64,000 nt of DNA from an uncultured virus (IMG/VR IMGVR_UViG_3300032316_001177) (Duplodnaviria > Heunggongvirae > Uroviricota > Caudoviricetes): the IMG/VR virus record IMGVR_UViG_3300032316_001177. One strand, given 5' to 3'. The notes under the pieces are model-generated. The model saw only the letters and a program-made list of their open reading frames with translations. It was not told the origin of the DNA and ran no database searches. This document shows, piece after piece, positions 58,517 through 64,000 of this stretch. The first letter of the stretch is position 1. The number at the start of each line of letters is the position of its first letter. Position numbers and translations under genes: made by a program.

Positions 58517-58822
58517 TTAAGTTTGGTTTTGTAATAGGTTATTTAGTGGTGTAGGTTCAAATGCAATGTCGCGTTCAATTTTTAATCCAAATGGACCTGT
58601 TATGTTTGCTAGTTCACTTAAATTAAAGTAACCTAGCTCACGTTCAAATCCATCTACAAGACCGAAGCATTCTTCGGTTTCTGGATTCATTTCAGTTATA
58701 TACCAAGTCCAAGAGGACCATGGTGTGAATAATTTTAAATATGCAATAGCTGCGTCGCCTTTACCTTCTTGTGAATATAAAGGTGGAATCTTTTTTGAAA
58801 TGGTTTTAGTTAATAGTTTCAT
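58517..58822 (-). CDS. DUF2958 family protein
   Basis: KLFTPWSSWTWYITE...FGLVDGFERELGYFNLSEL...IERD. Confidence 0.85.
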   Translation of the reverse strand: MKLLTKTISKKIPPLYSQEGKGDAAIAYLKLFTPWSSWTWYITEMNPETEECFGLVDGFERELGYFNLSELANITGPFGLKIERDIAFEPTPLNNLLQNQT

Positions 58823-58848
58823 TTTGAAGATTAGAAATGAATGTTATT

Positions 58849-59205
58849 TTAAATTAAGTTAAGTAATGATAACCAGCTATCAGGATGATCTGGTTCTAGT
58901 TCGTCTTCTGCTGGAGTGAAACAGACGCTATCGAAGACCCATTCTTCAACGTCTTCAAGGTTGGGGATGTCGTACCAACCTTCGAGGTCCCTCTTCTCTT
59001 CTTTGGTATAGTTGGCTCCTCTTGGAACCCAGTAGTAACGGAGGACACCATTCTTGGTTTTGTAGATGTCACCAGCTTTATGTCCACCTGGGGAGTCAAT
59101 AGAACAAGTGGGGTCAACGTCGTACTGGGTGAGACCGTCTTCTTTTGAGACGGGATCGTAGTCGAGGATTTTAGCAATGATTTGCTGTTCTGGTAAGAGT
59201 GCCAT
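58849..59205 (-). CDS. Hypothetical protein
   Basis: EEWVFDSVC.TP..D..EPDHPDSWL. Confidence 0.6.
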   Translation of the reverse strand: MALLPEQQIIAKILDYDPVSKEDGLTQYDVDPTCSIDSPGGHKAGDIYKTKNGVLRYYWVPRGANYTKEEKRDLEGWYDIPNLEDVEEWVFDSVCFTPAEDELEPDHPDSWLSLLNLI

Positions 59206-61211
59206 AGGATTGGAAAAATGATTGTAAGAAAAGAATAGATGAGAGCAATGATGATTGTAATTAGATCATCATTATGGTCTTGTTGTTTAATCATAATTTG
59301 GTGGCGGAGGAAAGTTAGTAGTTGGGAATTTGTCTACACCATCCCATTCATTTTGTTCTGATTCACGCATTGCTAACTCTTGTTCGTCTGCAATGTCTGC
59401 CAGTGCGTCAAGCATGTCAGCAGTGTAAGGTTGATCAAATGAGTTCATTTGTACTGTAGTCAGGAGGATACAATTCTAAAGAAACCGACAGTATTACCAT
59501 TGATATCTTTTAAGTTTAAAGAATTAGAAGCAAGAGAAAGATGTTTTGGATGGTTAACTAATTTATCTGATAGTTCATCTAGAATTCGCGCTACTTCATT
59601 AGCTTGGTCTGTGTAGGTAATGCCAAAAGCATCGTTATCTACAGAGATAGAAATTTCTATGGAGTGAGCCATTGTTGTGTTGTTACTGGGGTAAGGTTAA
59701 ATTGGTAGGTCCTTCTAATACCTTCCTAGATATACAAAATTTAGAAGTTCCAGTAATATGTTCAACAGTAATAATTTTGTTAAGTAGGACGTTGCAATAC
59801 TTGTTGACGTTTTGATTTACTACGTATTGAAGTCCATTAAATAGAACAAAAGCAAGTGCAAAACCAGATACTACCAAGGATAACCCTGAGTAAGGTTGAT
59901 ACTTCATTTGAAATTTGCAGTGTGAAGTTACTGGTAAAATTCTGAATCGCAACTTGTCAATATAAAGTACAGTTGAAACATTTCTGGCATTTCATCAGTT
60001 TCAAGTTCTCTTTTAGCGACAATACCTCCTGATGAACATGTGTATTCTTGTTTTGAAGTGTTTTTCAGTGTCTGCATTAAAAGATAAGAAGCTGTTGCTT
60101 TTAATTCAGCAATGGAAGGAACTTTTAATTGATTATTTTCATTATTCCAAACCCAATCAAGGGTTGTCATAGTTAGGTGAACTTTTTCAAAATTAAAGTT
60201 GGCAATAACATAATCTATTTTGTTGATTTGTTCAGAAGAGATTTGCATTGTTGTTGGTGGTAGTGGGACAGGTTGGAAAAGGCATAGATTTATTAAGTCG
60301 TATGCCTTTATGCAGATTTTAGTCAGCAGCCAACGGCTTCCATGATAGATCAAGATCTCGCTTTTGACGATAACCTTGTCCTATTAGGAGGTTGACGCTT
60401 TTGCGAATAACGTTGATGGGCGCTTCAAGCTTTATGTATTGAGAACGTTTCTCAAGAACGTTTACTCTTAACATTTCTGCGAAGTCACCACGGATGGTGA
60501 TTAGATAACCGTCGTTATCTTTTTGATAGAGGAAAGAATGATCTTGGCGCATGGTTTTTGTGCAAAGGAGTGGAACGAAGCAAGCTTAAATACAAACTTG
60601 ATTCACAAAACAAAAAGATGTTTAAGCGAAGCAAGTTATTTGGTTTGGTATTTATTGAGGAGAATTAATTGGTTTGGGTTGATCTTCACTACAGTATTTA
60701 GCAATTTCTTTTAGTACGGAAGGATCTACCAGGTTGGTTAGATCGCCATCATTTATATCTGGTGAGATTAGGTTAGCAAGTTTCCGTCTGTTGTTACTGA
60801 TAAGTTCTTTGATGTTGTCTTTCTGGTTGTCATTTAGTTTTGACCAGATGAGGAAAGCGGACCCAGTGGCAATTAAGGAGGTGGAAAGGAAACGAAACAT
60901 TTGAATGGTGAAGAGGAAGAAATTTATTTATATGGAAATATAAAGAAAACCTTAAGACCATTCAATATTTATCTAGTTACGCTTATGCCATTAAGCTTCA
61001 TGTTTACACTATTTACCCATAATTTTGCTGTTTCATATTCGTTACTAAATCTTTTTGAATTATTTAAAGTCTTCATTGCTCTAAGTCGAGCAGAGTTGGC
61101 TAATGCTATTCGATCAAACAATGTCAAATACATGTTGCTTTCTGGACTAGACATTAGATAAATGCAATTGGATTTTAAAGTTAAAGTGGTCCTCATTTGA
61201 GAACCACAGAA

Positions 61212-61231
61212 AAGGGATCCGTAGATCCCTT
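61212..61231 (-). terminator. Terminator-like hairpin downstream of the second SSB-like gene
   Basis: AAGGGATC-cgta-GATCCCTT. Confidence 0.55.
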
Positions 61232-61242
61232 AAGTGTGATTG

Positions 61243-61653
61243 TCAAATAGAAGCCAGTAAGAGGTTATCTTCCTGGAGGTTAAGTTGATCATCAGTTGGT
61301 CTGTTAGTACCAGCTGCTTCTTCAGCTCGCTTGGCAGTACTGATTTTACCAAGGCGGATTGTAGTAATCGAAGTTACCACAATTTCCATACGGCTTAAGT
61401 ACTTACCTTCTTTATCTTGCCAAGTTGTATAACGCAGTCGGTAGGTTATACCAACTGTGTCGCCTTGGTTGTATTTATCGGCGATACTCTTTCCTACACC
61501 GTTGTAAGCAGTGAGAGGAATAGCAGAATCGCCATCACGTGCATCAACTGGAGCAACACGGAATTGTGTCACATCTAGTTGATCATTGGGTTGACGGTAG
61601 TTAATTTCAGATACGATTGTACCGATCAAGTTACCGTTGTTAGCAGAGGACAT
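61243..61653 (-). CDS. Second SSB-like OB-fold protein
   Basis: NNGNLIG...IPLTAYNGVG...QGDTVGITYRLRYTTWQDKEG...SRMEIVV. Confidence 0.7.
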   Translation of the reverse strand: MSSANNGNLIGTIVSEINYRQPNDQLDVTQFRVAPVDARDGDSAIPLTAYNGVGKSIADKYNQGDTVGITYRLRYTTWQDKEGKYLSRMEIVVTSITTIRLGKISTAKRAEEAAGTNRPTDDQLNLQEDNLLLASI

Positions 61654-62283
61654 AGCTTTTGTGCAAAGGAATAGTGCAGCATCCTGTCCCAGGCTGCAAT
61701 TGGGATAAACAAATAATTTTTAATCGTTAGCAGACGAAATCCTGATAACAATCACTAAGTACTGTTTGTAATTCTTTAACGCCAGTAGGCATCTCTTTCA
61801 AAGTAACTACATCTACTTGGCACCACTCATTCCTTTTAAGAACTTCAAAATGAACTTGTGTGGACTGACCGTTGTACCAAGTAACGCGATGAGTTGGAAA
61901 GCATTCGGGAGACCAGGAAAGCATGTTACTTTAAAGTTGTGCAGTGCCTATCTCTGCGGGCGGCTTTAATCTTTTGACGGGCTATTGAAACCCAATCACG
62001 TTGACGTATGTATTTAATAATGCCTTTGATTTCACTTAGTGTTAAGTGACCAGTTGGCTCAGACATTCCTTCAAACCACACTTCATAAGTAGGTTCTTGT
62101 CCTGGATTGTTAGCTGCCATTAATCCTGAACCTCTTGGTCCAGTAACAATGGATATCTCACCAATCATTTCATCGATGTAAACCAAGTGATAACCACCTG
62201 GAACACTTGGATGTTCCTTCCAACCTTTGGTTAGATCCATGAGGATACCTCAATGTGTGCAGGTGCCCATCTCCTGCGGACTA

Positions 62284-62336
62284 GGCAATAACTGGACCAG
62301 GGTTTGCACCTGGTCACCCGCTTGTACGGATCAGTT
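62284..62336 (-). ncRNA. tRNA-minihelix-like T-loop element, copy 1
   Basis: AACTG-a-TCCGT acaa GCGGG-t-GACCAGG TGCAAAC CCTGGTC-CAGTT-ATTGCC. Confidence 0.7.
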
Positions 62337-62483
62337 TTCTACTGAAGTCCATAAATCATGAAACGCTTTTACAAGCGCTTCTTGATAGGACAAACCTGAA
62401 TCCTCGTGCATATCTGATGCAGAGGAGTGCAAACTTTCAAGAACGCAAATGATTTGCTCTTGAGTCAGCTTTCCAAGTTCCAT
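62331..62483 (-). CDS. Small hypothetical protein (not in ORF track)
   Basis: MELGKLTQEQIICVLESL...TSVEN, 50 aa, preceded by a repeated leader motif. Confidence 0.55.
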   Translation of the reverse strand: MELGKLTQEQIICVLESLHSSASDMHEDSGLSYQEALVKAFHDLWTSVEN

Positions 62484-62628
62484 GGATTTTCTCCACGTGT
62501 GCGGTGCCTATCTCCGCTGGAGGCGTGTGTGTTGGGCAGGCCGAAGCCTGTTGGGTGAATTGTCCATCGAAGCAAGTTAAATACATAACTTACTCAATAA
62601 AACCAACAAGACGTTAAAACGTAGTGTT

Positions 62629-62682
62629 GGCAATAACTGAGGGAGGCATTGCACCTCCCTGACCGCTTAAACGGATTCAGCT
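62629..62682 (-). ncRNA. tRNA-minihelix-like T-loop element, copy 2
   Basis: AGCTG-aat-CCGT ttaa GCGG-tc-AGGGAGG TGCAATG CCTCCCT-CAGTT-ATTGCC. Confidence 0.7.
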
Positions 62683-63196
62683 TTGAACAGTTCAGCAACT
62701 GCTCGTTTTACTCTGGGTCGCGTTGCAAGGTATGCAACACCTGCTAATACAGCAGCAACTGTTGCTTTAACTACCAAGTGTTTTGAATCCATATTGAATT
62801 CAGCTGGTGAAACTGCTTGTGCGGTAGCTTCTGCTGTTGCTTCTGCAACAAAAAAAGCGTCTTCTGGATAAATAGTAAACATGTTCAATTAGGTTGAATT
62901 GGTTTAAGTGCAGAAGAACTCTGCAGAAATCCATCAGTAGTGATGGATAAGTGCAAAAATCAGTTGTACTTCTTATTTATGCAATACAATCCATGTCCTG
63001 CTGGAGATTTAATGACAACCAAATGATGAGTTGGCCTGGATGCGCAACTGTTTACTGCTAAAGTGTTCGATATTTTCTGCACAGGTATAAGAAGTAACAT
63101 GCCACTTACGATACCTATTCCGATAGCTGCGAAAGAATTTGTTAGTTCGTTCATGATTAATAAAGACAGGGTGAATTGGTGTATGCCACTAAGTGT

Positions 63197-63250
63197 GGCA
63201 ATTGCTGAAGGAGGACTTAAACCTCCTTGCTGGTCTGATTACCAGTCAGC
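63197..63250 (-). ncRNA. tRNA-minihelix-like T-loop element, copy 3
   Basis: GCTG-a-CTGGT aatcag ACCAG-c-AAGGAGG TTTAAGT CCTCCTT-CAGC-AATTGCC. Confidence 0.7.
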
Positions 63251-63496
63251 TTCTAGCTCAAGCTGATGCTTAAGCCATTTGATCAGATCCTTATTATTGG
63301 AGATGATCTTGTTAGCAACCACAATGAAGGGTTGCATGTTATCTGTACCTAAATCCAAAAATGTTTCAAATGCATTCAAGAATTCAAGTCGGAATTGTTC
63401 CAGCTCACGATCAACCAAAGGTCGGTGTTCACTGGAATCTCTGCGTGCCAGGAGTCTTAAATCCTGGAGCATGTTATACACAGCGGTGGTGGACAT
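63239..63496 (-). CDS. Hypothetical early protein
   Basis: MSTTAVYNMLQDLRLLARRD...; ATG at 63496 follows the CCTTTGCAC-N7 leader. Confidence 0.6.
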   Translation of the reverse strand: MSTTAVYNMLQDLRLLARRDSSEHRPLVDRELEQFRLEFLNAFETFLDLGTDNMQPFIVVANKIISNNKDLIKWLKHQLELEADW

Positions 63497-63775
63497 AACT
63501 GTTGTGCAAAGGAATAAACAGCATCTAAGGCCAGGCTGTAATTGGCCGAAACGAAGCAGACTTAAGTACAAAATTAAGTCATTAAATAAATAAAATATTA
63601 AGGTGCAAAAAGATTAATTCTTGTTAGAATTGGAAGCAGTTAAGAGAACTGTTTATAAGGTTATTTCTGAGATATACCCCTAGAAACAATTACCTATCAC
63701 TGAGTAGTATTAAATACAAAAATAAATTCCTGAATAAATACAAGTCTTATGCAACAAACGACTGCAGTTTAAAAT

Positions 63776-63834
63776 AGGAATAAAGCAAGAAAAAAATAGG
63801 AATAAAGCAAGAAAAAAACAGGAATAAAACAGAA
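63776..63834. repeat. A-rich tandem repeat, about 2.6 x 22 bp (AGGAATAAAGCAAGAAAAAAAT/C)
   Basis: Copies at 63776 and 63798, partial copy at 63820, in non-coding DNA upstream of the early region. Confidence 0.85.
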
Positions 63835-64000
63835 GTTAAGCAGTGATAAAACAAAATATTCAATTTTAGTATTCCACAGGTCCTGCCGAAAATTTTTTAA
63901 CGCGCCACCTTCCATCTGACGCTATAGGTGAGAGTGATTGCGGTGGAAGGGATTATAAGGGAGAGTAAGGGTATGTGGCGTATAAACTAAGGAATGGGGA

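Noticed and set aside
62284..63250. tRNA genes
   Set aside because: The elements are about 45-55 nt and lack D and anticodon arms, so they are reported as tRNA-like elements. No full cloverleaf was seen anywhere in the window.

Overview
A 64-kb segment of a tailed dsDNA cyanophage, probably infecting a freshwater Synechococcus/Cyanobium-type host. Its gene content recalls S-EIV1-like phages, an inference from memory that needs a database check. Positions 1-28.2 kb are mostly + strand late genes: the major capsid protein C-terminus, two putative virion lysins, tail and fibre proteins ending in a LamG-SPRY receptor-binding protein, a GH24+C39 endolysin, HNH, Dps and NblA. Between the fibre gene and its likely chaperone lies a 5.5-kb island with psbA (PhotoRC-II-like leader) and a tyrosine recombinase. 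Positions 28.2-64 kb are mostly - strand early and replication genes: Prim-Pol/PriCT/D5 primase-helicase, PD-(D/E)XK exonuclease, two SSBs, family A DNA polymerase, dCMP deaminase, ThyX and many small ORFs, with speD and several isolated ORFs on the + strand. Four unexplained signals stand out. (1) Four covarying tRNA-minihelix-like RNA elements with T-loops sit at early-gene junctions, alongside other repeated leader motifs. (2) A short FLxx(Y/F) amphipathic motif is shared by dispersed, low-complexity + strand proteins and may be a virion-cargo signal. (3) WAGW-N7-HCTW inverted-arm sites occur at domain boundaries of the fibre gene and in the adjacent recombinase island, a candidate host-range shuffling system. 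(4) Two different lysins carry the same C-terminal module. No tRNA, rRNA or CRISPR array was found.
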